This document shows, piece by piece, positions 30,687 through 40,743 of a stretch of DNA of 64,000 nucleotides (positions are counted from its first letter, which is position 1; every line of letters begins with the position of its first letter). The stretch is from an uncultured Verrucomicrobiae bacterium (GTDB lineage: Bacteria > Verrucomicrobiota > Verrucomicrobiia > Chthoniobacterales > UBA10450): assembly GCA_963756875.1 (NCBI GenBank), contig CAVWPA010000003.1:1720365-1784364 (forward strand), written 5' to 3'. The notes beneath the pieces are model-generated. The model was not told where the DNA came from. It saw only the letters and a list, made by a program, of their open reading frames with translations, and did no database searches. The position numbers and the translations under genes were made by a program.

Positions 30687-30963
30687 GGAGACCGTTGAAA
30701 TACTGGAGAGGGTCGCGCGTAGAAGGCAGAAGGGGCGGATGGCAAGGAGCGAGTGAGGCGCATCCCCTTTATGGGGCTGTAACGAACGAGCGGCGCGGCC
30801 AGGCGCCCCTTCTGACTCGCGCCCGAAGGGTTGTGTCGATTTTGCCGCTGGCCGGCGTTGCTCGCCTGGCCGAGATCGCTGGAGATATCGGCACTGCGCT
30901 CGCGCCTTGGCCAGCGCCAAAATCGGCAGCAACGCGGCCCACTCCAGTATTTCAACAGTCTCC
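30687..30963. mobile_element. MITE-like non-autonomous element, copy 1
   Basis: Terminal inverted repeats GGAGACCGTTGAAATACTGGAG / CTCCAGTATTTCAACAGTCTCC; internal stems; homolog at 57903-58175. Confidence 0.8.
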
Positions 30964-30978
30964 TAGGCGACTGTCGTT

Positions 30979-31584
30979 TTGAAAAGGACGGAGTACCCGC
31001 CTGCGCTGCGGGATTTAGTCGCCCGGCTTCGCCGAATGCCGGGTATCGGCCCGCGTTCCGCCGAGCGCATCGCGCTTTGGGTGGTGCAGGCGCGGGAAGA
31101 TCAGCCGGAACAGATTGCGCGGGCCATCACCGAGACGCGGCGCGACATTCATCCCTGCAAGTTGTGCGGATATTTCACAACGAATGAGATCTGCGACATT
31201 TGCTCCGATCCGGCGCGCGCGGCCGATCTTCTCTGTGTTGTCGAACAACCGACCGATATTCTGCCACTGGAGAAGTCGCGCGCATTCCGTGGACGCTATC
31301 ACTCATTAGGCGGCCGCATTTCTCCCCTCGATCACATCGGCCCCGAACACTTGCGAATTAAGGAACTCCTCGATCGCGTCGATCGCGAGAAATTTTCCGA
31401 AGTCATTTTTGCGCTGGCAGCCGACGTGGAAGGCGAGGCGACCACGAATTATCTCGTCGATCTTTTAAAGAACAGGCCGGTAAAGCTCACCAGGATTGCT
31501 CGCGGCCTGCCCGCCGGCGCCGCCCTCGAGTCGGCCGACGAGCTGACACTTTCTCAAGCCATGACCGGCCGGACGAATCTGTAG
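30979..31584 (+). CDS. recR: Recombination mediator RecR
   Basis: MPGIGPRSAER, CKLC...CDIC, LCVVEQ, YHSLGG, VEGEAT. Confidence 0.95.
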   Translation: MKRTEYPPALRDLVARLRRMPGIGPRSAERIALWVVQAREDQPEQIARAITETRRDIHPCKLCGYFTTNEICDICSDPARAADLLCVVEQPTDILPLEKSRAFRGRYHSLGGRISPLDHIGPEHLRIKELLDRVDREKFSEVIFALAADVEGEATTNYLVDLLKNRPVKLTRIARGLPAGAALESADELTLSQAMTGRTNL

Positions 31585-31664
31585 ATGAGCTTTAAGTCTT
31601 AAGTGTTAAGTTTTAAGAGATTTGCCAGGCGGGCACTTAAAACTTAAAACTGAAAACTCCGAAC

Positions 31665-32555
31665 ATGCCCTGCGCAAAAATCGATCCGGCCCTGCATCAG
31701 GCGCATAAACCGCCCTGGATCAAGGTGCGGTTGCCGTCGAACCCTATTTTCTTTTCGACGAAGGCGCTCATTTCCGATTTGCAGCTGCACACGGTCTGCG
31801 AAAGCGCCCAATGCCCGAACCGGTGGGAATGCTGGAGCCAGGGTACCGCCACTTTCATGATCGCAGGAGATCGTTGCACGCGTGCGTGTGGATTTTGCGC
31901 GGTGCAGACGGCAAAACCATTTGCGCTGGAGGAAGACGAGCCGCAGCGCGTGGCCGAAGCGGTGCAGCGTATGAAACTGAAACATGTCGTTATCACCGCC
32001 GTCGCGCGCGACGATTTGGAAGATGGCGGCGCCAATCATTTCGCGCGGGTGATCACCGCGATTCGCAAAATGGAGCCGTCCATCATCGTCGAAGTTCTGG
32101 TGCCGGATTTTCATGCCCGGGACTGGTGCATTCAGGCCGTGCTCGATGCCGGCCCCGACATTTACAATCACAATTTGGAAACGGTTGAGCGGTTGACGCC
32201 CCTTGTCAGGTCGCGCGCGAAATATCGCACTTCTCTGGAAGTGTTGCAGCGCGCCAGGGAACTTTCGCCGAACACGGTGACGAAGAGCGGCGTGATGCTC
32301 GGTCTTGGCGAGACCGGGCCCGAGCTGTTCCAAACCATGGACGATTTGCGCGGCGTCGGTTGTCAGGTCCTCACAATGGGACAATACCTGCGACCATCGC
32401 AGAAACATTTGCCTGTCGTGGATTACATTACGCCCGCGCAATTTGAGGTCTACGGCGAGATCGCGCGCGAAAAAGGATTCGAACACGTCGCGTCCGGTCC
32501 GCTGGTGCGGAGCTCGTATCACGCGGCCGATTTTCATCCGGTCGTGCGCCGATGA
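31665..32555 (+). CDS. lipA: Lipoyl synthase
   Basis: CESAQCPNRWEC, CTRACGFC, GPLVRSSY. Confidence 0.96.
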   Translation: MPCAKIDPALHQAHKPPWIKVRLPSNPIFFSTKALISDLQLHTVCESAQCPNRWECWSQGTATFMIAGDRCTRACGFCAVQTAKPFALEEDEPQRVAEAVQRMKLKHVVITAVARDDLEDGGANHFARVITAIRKMEPSIIVEVLVPDFHARDWCIQAVLDAGPDIYNHNLETVERLTPLVRSRAKYRTSLEVLQRARELSPNTVTKSGVMLGLGETGPELFQTMDDLRGVGCQVLTMGQYLRPSQKHLPVVDYITPAQFEVYGEIAREKGFEHVASGPLVRSSYHAADFHPVVRR

Positions 32556-33247
32556 CGGAACGGGACCGGCTCGCCGAGGTTCGATCCAGGGTTGGCGTGA
32601 TCGTTCCCGCTTACCACGAAGAAAAACATATCGGCGAAGTCGTATTGCGAACACGGGCCCAATTGGACCATGTTCTCGTGGTCGATGACGGTTCCGCCGA
32701 CAAAACCGCCGAACACGCGCGCGTGGCCGGCGCCGAAGTCGTCGTTCATTCGCAAAATCGTGGCAAAGGCGAAACGATCAAAACCGGTTTGCGCTACTGG
32801 CTGGATCGGCAAATGGATTTCGTGATCGTGCTCGACGCGGACGGCCAACATCGTCCCGAAGAAATCGATCGCTTTGTTTCGATGGCTGCATCGGATGACG
32901 TTGCGCTGGTCGTGGGCAACAGAATGGACGACGTCAGTCGCATGCCGCGCGTGCGCCGGATGGTCAATCGCTACATGAGCAAAAAAATCAGCGGCATTTG
33001 TGGACAGGAAATACCCGACACGCAGTGCGGATTTCGCATGTTGCACCGGCGTTTGATTCCCGAGTTGCTAGGCGGTGGGGCTCGTTTCGATTACGAGACG
33101 GAAATGCTCATCCTTGCCAGCCGTAAAGGCTTTCGAATCGATTCAGTCCCGATCAGCACGGTTTATTCCGATGAAGTCAGTAGCATTCATCCGGTGAGGG
33201 ACACCCTCCGCTTTTTCAAATTGATGCGGCGTTACAAAAAGCTGTAG
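32552..33247 (+). CDS. GT2 glycosyltransferase (DPM1-like)
   Basis: VPAYHEE, VDDGSAD, NRGKG, LDADGQH, DTQCGFR. Confidence 0.9.
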   Translation: MTERDRLAEVRSRVGVIVPAYHEEKHIGEVVLRTRAQLDHVLVVDDGSADKTAEHARVAGAEVVVHSQNRGKGETIKTGLRYWLDRQMDFVIVLDADGQHRPEEIDRFVSMAASDDVALVVGNRMDDVSRMPRVRRMVNRYMSKKISGICGQEIPDTQCGFRMLHRRLIPELLGGGARFDYETEMLILASRKGFRIDSVPISTVYSDEVSSIHPVRDTLRFFKLMRRYKKL

Positions 33248-33300
33248 TCACGGCTCTGCGAGCCGTTTCCGCCGCGCCGCACAGCGACGCGATCAACCAC

Positions 33301-34182
33301 TCACGGTTTCTTCGCCGGCAACGGTTTGCTGCTCTTTATGATCTCCGATTCCGGCGTGAGCTTGGGCGGTTTGCCGCTAAAAATCACCCGGTTTGGTTTC
33401 TCGGCGAGCTCGTCCACGAGCGCTTTGGCATGCGTGGTGACCACTTTCAAATTCAGCAGGATCACGTGCAGCTCTCTCATTTGATCCTGCAGTTGTTTGT
33501 CCGTCGTGCCGACAAACATGTTTGCCGTGTTAAGAAACGTATCGCCATCCTTGGCGACAGTCCCGAGGCTTGTCACGACATTCTGCAGATTGTCCACGTC
33601 CGATTTTAGCGAATCCGCCAGCGGTCCAAGCTTTGGCATGAAGCCGCCCAGGTCGGTCTTCAAATCGGTGACGGTGAGATTGAGATTATCCAACAGCTTG
33701 TTGGCGTTTTCGAAAAGGGGACCAGCCGCCGCAGTGATCTGTTCGATTCCGTACGCGGGATGTCCTTCGATGGCAGCATTATTCGCGAGCGTCTTCCCGC
33801 CTGGTGTGCCGGCGGAGAGCGCGACAAATTTCGGCGCCAGCAGCGTGTCGGAGCTGAGTGTGGCCGTGACATCGGCCGGCAGTGGCGGGATATCGTCGTT
33901 GAGATCCACGGTAACGATCACTGCATCTTTTTTATTTTCCGATTTTTCGCGTTCCGTCGCCGTAAGGTGGCGCATGGCGATTACGCGGCCGGCGGGAGCA
34001 CCGGCGTAGCGTACCTCGGAGTGCACTTTGATTCCGGTCACGTCTTCGTATTTAATTTGCAAGGTGCGCGTCGGTTTGTTCAACCGATAACCGGTGAGCG
34101 CAAACGTTAACGCGCCGAGCAAGACAATGCTGCAGGCAATGACCGAGAGGGCCACGATATAGTCGGAGAGATTTTTCTTCAT
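33301..34182 (-). CDS. mlaD: MCE/MlaD family protein
   Basis: N-terminal TM helix; GIKVHSEVRYAGAPAGRV MCE motif; helical tail; operon context. Confidence 0.85.
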   Translation of the reverse strand: MKKNLSDYIVALSVIACSIVLLGALTFALTGYRLNKPTRTLQIKYEDVTGIKVHSEVRYAGAPAGRVIAMRHLTATEREKSENKKDAVIVTVDLNDDIPPLPADVTATLSSDTLLAPKFVALSAGTPGGKTLANNAAIEGHPAYGIEQITAAAGPLFENANKLLDNLNLTVTDLKTDLGGFMPKLGPLADSLKSDVDNLQNVVTSLGTVAKDGDTFLNTANMFVGTTDKQLQDQMRELHVILLNLKVVTTHAKALVDELAEKPNRVIFSGKPPKLTPESEIIKSSKPLPAKKP

Positions 34183-35036
34183 ATCCGTTTGCGATGGAAC
34201 CGTCCACGCGCGGCGAAGAATGGCCGCGGCTTCACATACTGATGATGTTCGTGCTCGTCTTGCGAGAGATTTAACGGAATCGGTCCATCGGCTTCGCCGT
34301 TGATGAATTGTTGCACTTCCGGGTTGGGACTGGTGCGGATTTCATCGGGTGTGCCCTGCGCCACAATTGAGCCGTGACCGAGCATGATCATACGCGTCGC
34401 GATCCGAAACGCGCTCGTCATGTCGTGGGTCACGACGACCGCCGTCATGTGGCTGCCGTGCGTGAGCTTTAATGTTAGTTGATCGACCACTGCGGTCATA
34501 ATCGGATCCAGGCCGGATGTTGGCTCATCGCTGAAAAGCAGTTCGGGATTGAGCGCAAGGGCGCGCGCCAGACCAACGCGCTTTTTCATGCCTCCGCTGA
34601 TTTCGGCCGGCTTCAGGTTTTCAAATCCGCTCAACCCGACCATTTGTAATTTTTGCCTGACCACTTCCTCAATTTCATCGATCGACATCCGGGTATGCTG
34701 CAACAACGGCAGCGCAACATTTTCGCCAACGGTAAGTGAAGCGAGTAGCGCCCCAGATTGAAACAACATTCCGAAGCGTTTTCGCACGTTGGCGATCTCG
34801 CGCTCGTCCATCATCGTGACTTCTTTCCCGAAAATCTTCACCGAGCCGGACGTCGGTTTCATCGAGCCGATGATATGCCGCAGGAGCGTGCTTTTGCCAC
34901 AACCGCTTCCGCCCATGATAACGAGTGTCTCGCCCCGATGAATGTTAAACGAGATATCGTTGATCACAGCGCGATTGCCGAATCTTCGGACAAGATTGGC
35001 GACCTCGATAACCGGGGAGTCAGCGGGAGCGGGCAT
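34179..35036 (-). CDS. mlaF: MlaF-type ABC ATPase
   Basis: GGSGCGKST, FGMLFQSGAL, ISGGMKKRVGLARA, DEPTSGLDP; ATG at 35036. Confidence 0.9.
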   Translation of the reverse strand: MPAPADSPVIEVANLVRRFGNRAVINDISFNIHRGETLVIMGGSGCGKSTLLRHIIGSMKPTSGSVKIFGKEVTMMDEREIANVRKRFGMLFQSGALLASLTVGENVALPLLQHTRMSIDEIEEVVRQKLQMVGLSGFENLKPAEISGGMKKRVGLARALALNPELLFSDEPTSGLDPIMTAVVDQLTLKLTHGSHMTAVVVTHDMTSAFRIATRMIMLGHGSIVAQGTPDEIRTSPNPEVQQFINGEADGPIPLNLSQDEHEHHQYVKPRPFFAARGRFHRKRI

Positions 35037-35149
35037 GATCAAAAATGACGAAAGAATGCCGAAGCTGGAATGACGAAAAAAACGTCCCGCGTCCTTTCGG
35101 CTTCTGGCTTCGTCTGTCTTTCGTGCTTTCTCATCCGGATTTGGCGGTT

Positions 35150-35265
35150 CCTCCCGCTCCTCCAAATCTTGGAGAAGATAAGATGCCGCTCTTTTGCTTC
35201 AATCCAAAGTTCCTTTGCTCGCGGTTTTAATTCTGGCACTGCGCGAACCGACATACAGAGAAAAG
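35150..35265 (-). pseudogene. Probable C-terminal remnant of a four-helix-bundle (TIGR02436-type) gene
   Basis: Reads LCMSVRAVPELKPRAKELWIEAKERHLIFSKIWRS; flanked by (G)AATGAC-type short repeats. Confidence 0.5.
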
Positions 35266-35312
35266 ATTTGGTCATTCTTTTGTGGTTGGTCATTCGTGCT
35301 TCGTAATTTGCT

Positions 35313-36053
35313 TCAGCCGCTGAAGAAAAAGATCCCGGTGAGCACGGCGTTCATCACCAGCATGGCGAGCAATGCTTGCACGACCGAAGAGGTGGTGGAC
35401 TGACCGACGCCTTCCGCTCCGCCTTCGACGTGGAGTCCCGCGTTGCACGCGATCGTAATGATTAGCCAGGCAAACACGCCGCTCTTGATCATGCCCGAGT
35501 ACAAATCCCACGTGTCCGCGCTCTGCAGGGCCCGCAGCACATACCCTGCGGTGTTGAAATCGAGGGCGAATCGGCAGACCGCCCATCCACCGAACACGCC
35601 GACGTAATTCCCCAGGATGGTGAGTGCGGGCAACATAACGAGCATCGCAAGAAAGCGGGGCACGACGAGATACTCAACCGGGTTGATCGCCATGACCTCA
35701 AGGGCTTCGATCTCTTCGGATACTTTCATCGTTCCCAATTCCGCCGCGACGGCCGATCCGCTGCGGCCAATCACGATCACCGCGATCAGAACCGGTCCCA
35801 TTTCGCGCAGGATCGTCACCATCACCAGATCAGGCACGTACATTTCCGCCCCGAGTTGTTGGAGCGAATGCGCAGCCTGCATGGCCAGCGTCACGCCCAC
35901 GCTGAAGGCGGTCAGCGCAACCATTGGCGTAGCGCGCACACCGATAAAGACCATTTGCCGAAAGATCGGAGAGATTTTGAAAAATCGTCCGGTGAACGGC
36001 GCGACAAACACCCAGTAAAGGAGGCTAAGGTTAAGCTGGAGATAATTCTTCAA
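35313..36053 (-). CDS. mlaE: MlaE-type ABC permease
   Basis: REMGPVL, GRSGSAVAAELGTMKVSEEIEALEVM, VVPR, GAEGVGQSTT. Confidence 0.92.
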   Translation of the reverse strand: MKNYLQLNLSLLYWVFVAPFTGRFFKISPIFRQMVFIGVRATPMVALTAFSVGVTLAMQAAHSLQQLGAEMYVPDLVMVTILREMGPVLIAVIVIGRSGSAVAAELGTMKVSEEIEALEVMAINPVEYLVVPRFLAMLVMLPALTILGNYVGVFGGWAVCRFALDFNTAGYVLRALQSADTWDLYSGMIKSGVFAWLIITIACNAGLHVEGGAEGVGQSTTSSVVQALLAMLVMNAVLTGIFFFSG

Positions 36054-36251
36054 GTATGGGAAGCGACCCGCGCGCAGAATGACAAGACAAGGGCGATGAC
36101 AAAAGCCGAAAGTTCAGACAATTCAGCAATCGTTCCCTGAAAAAGGGGAGATGACGATGTTTCAAATGAATCCGGCGCGATGGGAAAATTATAGCCGCCT
36201 TGCTCAGTCGAGGCGAAGTGGCACGCGCCGAGAGAGCGGCGCGGCTACAGG

Positions 36252-36773
36252 CTAAATCAAGCCGCGCTTGTGAAAGTCCCCGAGGTTGCCGCCGGCGGAG
36301 CGTTCGATCATGTCGATCGTGAATTTGAGCAAACAAACTTCCCACGCATCGTCCACGCCTTGAATGATGGCGCTTAACGGTTCCTGCATGTGTTCCACCT
36401 GCGACTTCGTTCGTGCTATAACAGCTTCCACAGGGTCGCGAAACGTGCGCTCGGTCACATCCGTCTTGCGAAACTGAAAGCCGTAGCGGAGCACAGCGAT
36501 GTTGCGTGCGCGTTCGCGCAGTTGTTCAACATAATCCTCCGCTTTCTCGCCAAAGCCTTCCAGCAGAAGACGGCTGAAATGGTCCGGCGTGAGAATCTGC
36601 GGCCGGTCGGCGTGAATTTTGCCATCGCGTACGCGCACTTCGTTCACGCGGTCCATCAATTCGGAAATGAGATAAAAACGAAAGCTTGTCGTGCCAAATG
36701 TGGCGATCTTTTGATCCGGCAGGAGAATCACCTGCGTGTTCTCAATCGCATATTGGAAATCGTGTTCCTTCAT
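36252..36773 (-). CDS. Conserved hypothetical protein
   Basis: 173 aa globular-looking ORF with an ATG start; no recognised family. Confidence 0.7.
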   Translation of the reverse strand: MKEHDFQYAIENTQVILLPDQKIATFGTTSFRFYLISELMDRVNEVRVRDGKIHADRPQILTPDHFSRLLLEGFGEKAEDYVEQLRERARNIAVLRYGFQFRKTDVTERTFRDPVEAVIARTKSQVEHMQEPLSAIIQGVDDAWEVCLLKFTIDMIERSAGGNLGDFHKRGLI

Positions 36774-36941
36774 TTGCTGATTTTGACCCTAAGGTAGCAC
36801 GAGTGTGTTACGATGCCGGAACAACTGCAGGGCGGCCCTGTCAGGGTCCCATTGGAAGCCGGCGGCCTCCCCTACAGATCATTAATTTCTGCCATACGAA
36901 GATCGGCCGCAAAATCAGGGTCGCCTGGCAAACCACAACGG

Positions 36942-37598
36942 CTACTTCGCCGCGGGCGTTGCGGTTGGACTTTGCGAATTTGGAAAGAGGTAAAGGAATT
37001 TCGCGTAGCCTTCACTCTCCATCTTTTCGAGCGGAACGAAGCGCAGCGCGGCGGAGTTGATGGCATAGCGCCGGCCGGTCGGCACCGACGCGTCCTGAAA
37101 GACATGGCCCAAGTGCGAATTGCTGCGGCGCGTGCGCACCTCCGTCCTTTGCATGCCAAAGGAGGTATCGCTTCTCTCGACCAGGCGCTCCGGCGAAATC
37201 GGCTTGGTAAAAGTCGGGCGCCCCGTATCGCTGTCGAATTTGTCCGTCGAGCTAAAGAGCGGTTCGCCCGTGATGATATCCACATAAATACCGGTGCGAG
37301 TATTGTCCCAGTAATCATTGTGAAACGCCGTCTCGGTCCCGTTTTCCCGGGTCACATGATATTGCACCTGGGTGAGCGTTGAGCGCAAAACCGAATCGGT
37401 CGGCACCGGTTTCAAATAACCCAGCGGATCGGTCATCTTCTGCGCGGTTTGCGCATGCGCGAAGTAAAGAAATGCAGCCACCAGGCCAACGGCAACGGGT
37501 ATACCAAACCACAGGCTCACCGGCAATTTATGATGATGCCGGATGCGCGTGGATTTTATCTCTCCAGCAGTTGATCCCATATCCTCCCTGATTACCAA
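36942..37598 (-). CDS. msrB: Membrane-anchored MsrB homolog lacking the catalytic cysteine
   Basis: GTE, GIYVDIITGEPLFSS, RTEV, HLGHVF, but RYAINS instead of RYCINS. Confidence 0.88.
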   Translation of the reverse strand: MVIREDMGSTAGEIKSTRIRHHHKLPVSLWFGIPVAVGLVAAFLYFAHAQTAQKMTDPLGYLKPVPTDSVLRSTLTQVQYHVTRENGTETAFHNDYWDNTRTGIYVDIITGEPLFSSTDKFDSDTGRPTFTKPISPERLVERSDTSFGMQRTEVRTRRSNSHLGHVFQDASVPTGRRYAINSAALRFVPLEKMESEGYAKFLYLFPNSQSPTATPAAK

Positions 37599-37629
37599 TT
37601 TAACGCGAGGCTGGCAACAAAGTTGCCGT

Positions 37630-38280
37630 TTAATGTTTCGCGTCTTGGCTCTTGGCGGTCTCGGATTTCGAGAATAGCGCCAGGTACTGACCGTACCCCT
37701 CTTCCTTCAATTTCTCAACCGGAATGAACCGTAACGCCGCTGAGTTGATGCAGTAGCGCTGGCCGGTGGGCGCCGGACCGTCGTCAAAAACATGACCCAG
37801 ATGCGAATTACTCCTGGCGGAACGGACTTCAGTGCGTTCCATCCCGGCCGTTCGATCCGCCTTTTGTTCGAGGTGTTCTTTCGAAATCGGTTTTGTGAAA
37901 CTCGGCCAGCCGGTGCCGGAGTCGAACTTGTCGAGGGAACTGAAAAGCGGCTCGCCGCTCACGATATCGACGTAAATTCCCGCGTGATGATTGTTCCAGT
38001 ACGCGTTTTGGAACGGGGGCTCCGTGCCGCACTGCTGTGTCACATAATATTGCTCGGGCGTGAGCTTTTTGCGCGAATCTGTATTGGCCGATTTGGCGTT
38101 TTCGTCGTGGGTTGTTGATGGACTTGTCATAACTCTCTTGGTCGGTTGCGGTTCATCCTTTTTCTGTGCGCTGGCATGATTAAGGAAAATTAACACGCCG
38201 CACAAAGTTGCGAAAACCAACGCGGAGAATACCAACATTCCACGCGGCGATTTCGCCGGTCGTTTGGGTAATTGAATCAC
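37630..38280 (-). CDS. msrB: Exported peptide-methionine (R)-S-oxide reductase
   Basis: Signal peptide; [32 protein letters not shown]. Confidence 0.93.
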   Translation of the reverse strand: MIQLPKRPAKSPRGMLVFSALVFATLCGVLIFLNHASAQKKDEPQPTKRVMTSPSTTHDENAKSANTDSRKKLTPEQYYVTQQCGTEPPFQNAYWNNHHAGIYVDIVSGEPLFSSLDKFDSGTGWPSFTKPISKEHLEQKADRTAGMERTEVRSARSNSHLGHVFDDGPAPTGQRYCINSAALRFIPVEKLKEEGYGQYLALFSKSETAKSQDAKH

Positions 38281-38348
38281 ATGAAAAATATACGTAATTT
38301 ACTTTTTGGCGACAGTGGAATTTTGCAGCGCAGGCTGGACTTTTCGGG

Positions 38349-39863
38349 CTAATCCTGGCGTCCCGCTTCGTGCACGCGGATGTATCGGCGAAACACGATC
38401 AATCCAATGGGTGCGATCGAAGCGGCCAGACCAAAGATCAGCCACATGATCCACGAACGTCGGGGACCTTGAGCCGGGCAAAATGAAGCCAGTAAAAATC
38501 CCCCGCCTCCGACAAGGAGTTTGCCGAGCAGGAAAGGAATGTAGGAGAGAGCACCGTACGAAGCTTCCTGGCCTTTGGGAGCAATGGCGGCGGCATATTC
38601 GTAGACTCGCGGCGAATAGAAAGCTTCACCGATCGAAAAGATCGCAACGTAAATCGCAATCATCACGTAGTAGGGATTAATCGCACCCTGCACGCCCAGA
38701 TAGATGTGACCAACCCAATCCCCAAGAAAGCCCTGGGCCGATGCCTGGAACCACTGGGTCGGTAACGCCATGATGAAGACAGACGCGGCGCAGATGATCC
38801 CGCCAACCACGACCATTTTGTAAGCCGAGTATTTTTGAGTGAGCGCGCCGACAATGGGAACGAGAATGATGATGAGAATGTAATTGATCGCCGAGAGCTG
38901 ACCTATGGGGGCGCCATTTCCCAGTTCTCGAATGCCGAACTTGGGAAAGACGTAGTCCATCTGCAGGAAAATGAGTTTCAGAAATCCAATCAGAAGTAGA
39001 AAACCAAGGAGCCGGTAAAAACCGGATTGGCCCAGAAGGCGCTTGAATAACCGGACGGTATCGTTAGCACTGTCGCGCACGGTTAGCCAGATGCGCTCCC
39101 ACAACGCGCGTGTGGCGTACTTTACCGACTCAGGGGTGAACTTAGGACCTTCATCTGTGGCTTCAGCACCCCGACGCAGAAAGTAAATCGTCGGAAAAAG
39201 CAGTATCTCAAATCCGAGGCTTACCAGGAACAGTGCTCGATAGGTGCTGATGTGTAGCCCGAAAACAGCTAGATGACCATGTTCGCCTAACGTCTGTCGA
39301 ACGTAGTCGAAAATGCGGGCGGAAATCAGGTAGCCCACGTTCATGACCATGTAGATGATTGAAAAGGAGATGGAGCGTTGTCGCGTCGTCGAATACCGCC
39401 GCGTGGCTGCGATCAGCACCGGCGTGCCTAATGCCTCGCCGATGACTAATGGAAACAAGCCACCAACAAGAGCGAGCCATGGCATTGATGTAAACACCAT
39501 GACGGAGCGAGCAATCAGACAGACAAAAACACCAAAGAAGAAAGTTCGCCGAAGGCCGAGTGCGTCGGTGAGGGAGCCGGCTAGGAGCGTGCACACGGTC
39601 ATCGCCGGCGCCCAGACCCATCCCACTAAAGCTCCCGCCGCCTGATCGCTGAAGCCGAGATCCCAGGAGAGCCACAAGATCAGCGTCTTATTTGTGATCG
39701 AGTAAGCCGCAATGATTAGCAGCTTTATCAGGAAGGTGAGCCACAGCTCGCGTTGAGCTCCCCTGAGAACGGTAAATTTGGCAAAAAAGGCCGCCAGCCC
39801 TCTCGCTGCGACTGGAGCGATGCTGTCCTCCGGAACGAACGTCTCTTTAATCTCGTCTCCCAC
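38349..39863 (-). CDS. MFS transporter (POT/peptide-like)
   Basis: GSLTDALGLRR motif A; FSIIYMVMNVG; IGEAFYSPR; about 12 TM helices. Confidence 0.85.
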   Translation of the reverse strand: MGDEIKETFVPEDSIAPVAARGLAAFFAKFTVLRGAQRELWLTFLIKLLIIAAYSITNKTLILWLSWDLGFSDQAAGALVGWVWAPAMTVCTLLAGSLTDALGLRRTFFFGVFVCLIARSVMVFTSMPWLALVGGLFPLVIGEALGTPVLIAATRRYSTTRQRSISFSIIYMVMNVGYLISARIFDYVRQTLGEHGHLAVFGLHISTYRALFLVSLGFEILLFPTIYFLRRGAEATDEGPKFTPESVKYATRALWERIWLTVRDSANDTVRLFKRLLGQSGFYRLLGFLLLIGFLKLIFLQMDYVFPKFGIRELGNGAPIGQLSAINYILIIILVPIVGALTQKYSAYKMVVVGGIICAASVFIMALPTQWFQASAQGFLGDWVGHIYLGVQGAINPYYVMIAIYVAIFSIGEAFYSPRVYEYAAAIAPKGQEASYGALSYIPFLLGKLLVGGGGFLLASFCPAQGPRRSWIMWLIFGLAASIAPIGLIVFRRYIRVHEAGRQD

Positions 39864-39877
39864 GGCTCGAACTTGGG

Positions 39878-40726
39878 CTACAACATCTTCGCGACAAATT
39901 CATGTCCGTCGAATAGCGCGAAGTCGTCAATCTTCTCTCCGGTGCCGACAAACCGTGTGGGGATGCCGAGTTGATCTTGAATCGCGACCACCGTTCCGCC
40001 TTTGCCGCTGCCGTCGAGCTTGGTTACGATCAACCCCGTCAGACCGAGTGTCTGATGAAATTCGCGCGCCTGACTTACGGCATTGCTGCCAGTTGTGGCA
40101 TCGACTACGAGAAGAATCTCCTGTGGCGCGTCAGGATCGAGCTTGGCCAGTGTGCGTTTTACCTTTTGCAGTTCGCTCATCAGATTGCTCTTTGTGTGCA
40201 CGCGTCCCGCCGTGTCGCAAAGAAGAAATTCGCTCTTCCGTTTCGAGGCGGTCTGATAGGCATCGTAGCAAAGCGCGGCCGGATCGGCGCCATACTGGCC
40301 GCGAATCATTTCAACCCCAAGCCGTTCCGCCCAAATGCCAAGCTGTTCAATGGCTGCCGCGCGGAACGTGTCCGCAGCCGCCAGCAGAACACTGTGCCTG
40401 TCTCTCTTTAAATAATGAGCAAGCTTCGCTGTGGAAGTCGTTTTGCCGGTACCATTCACGCCGACGATCAGGATAACATTGGTTTTCCCCGGCACCGGCC
40501 GGATCGGATCCGTGTGCGACGGTAGAATTCGCAAAATCTCTTCACGCGCAACTTTGATTACATTACCGATGCCCGTAAGCGACCAGGCTTCGCGTTCGCG
40601 CAATCGATCGATGATGCGCACGACCATGGGGCCGCCGAGATCGGCGCGGACGAGGGCCGCTTCAAGCTCGTCCCAATCGATCGGCTTGCTTGCAAATGTC
40701 TGCGCTAGAGTTTCGAGAAATGTCAT
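39878..40726 (-). CDS. ftsY: Signal recognition particle receptor
   Basis: GVNGTGKTT, DTFRAAA, DTAGR, TKLDG, GTGE. Confidence 0.95.
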   Translation of the reverse strand: MTFLETLAQTFASKPIDWDELEAALVRADLGGPMVVRIIDRLREREAWSLTGIGNVIKVAREEILRILPSHTDPIRPVPGKTNVILIVGVNGTGKTTSTAKLAHYLKRDRHSVLLAAADTFRAAAIEQLGIWAERLGVEMIRGQYGADPAALCYDAYQTASKRKSEFLLCDTAGRVHTKSNLMSELQKVKRTLAKLDPDAPQEILLVVDATTGSNAVSQAREFHQTLGLTGLIVTKLDGSGKGGTVVAIQDQLGIPTRFVGTGEKIDDFALFDGHEFVAKML

Positions 40727-40743
40727 TCCCAGGCCGCAGTCTA

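Noticed and set aside
29271..30932. 553-aa minus-strand ORF and similar long shadow ORFs (31644-32654, 6889-7938, 11392-12291, 61262-62086)
   Set aside because: They are antisense or alternate-frame to well-supported genes in GC-rich DNA and have no recognisable motifs.
37062..37064. Selenocysteine MsrB
   Set aside because: The codon is GCC (Ala), not TGA.
40721..40730. ftsY start codon supplied by a repeat terminus (GGAATGACA)
   Set aside because: Only a 9-nt match to the adjacent element's end, which could be coincidence.
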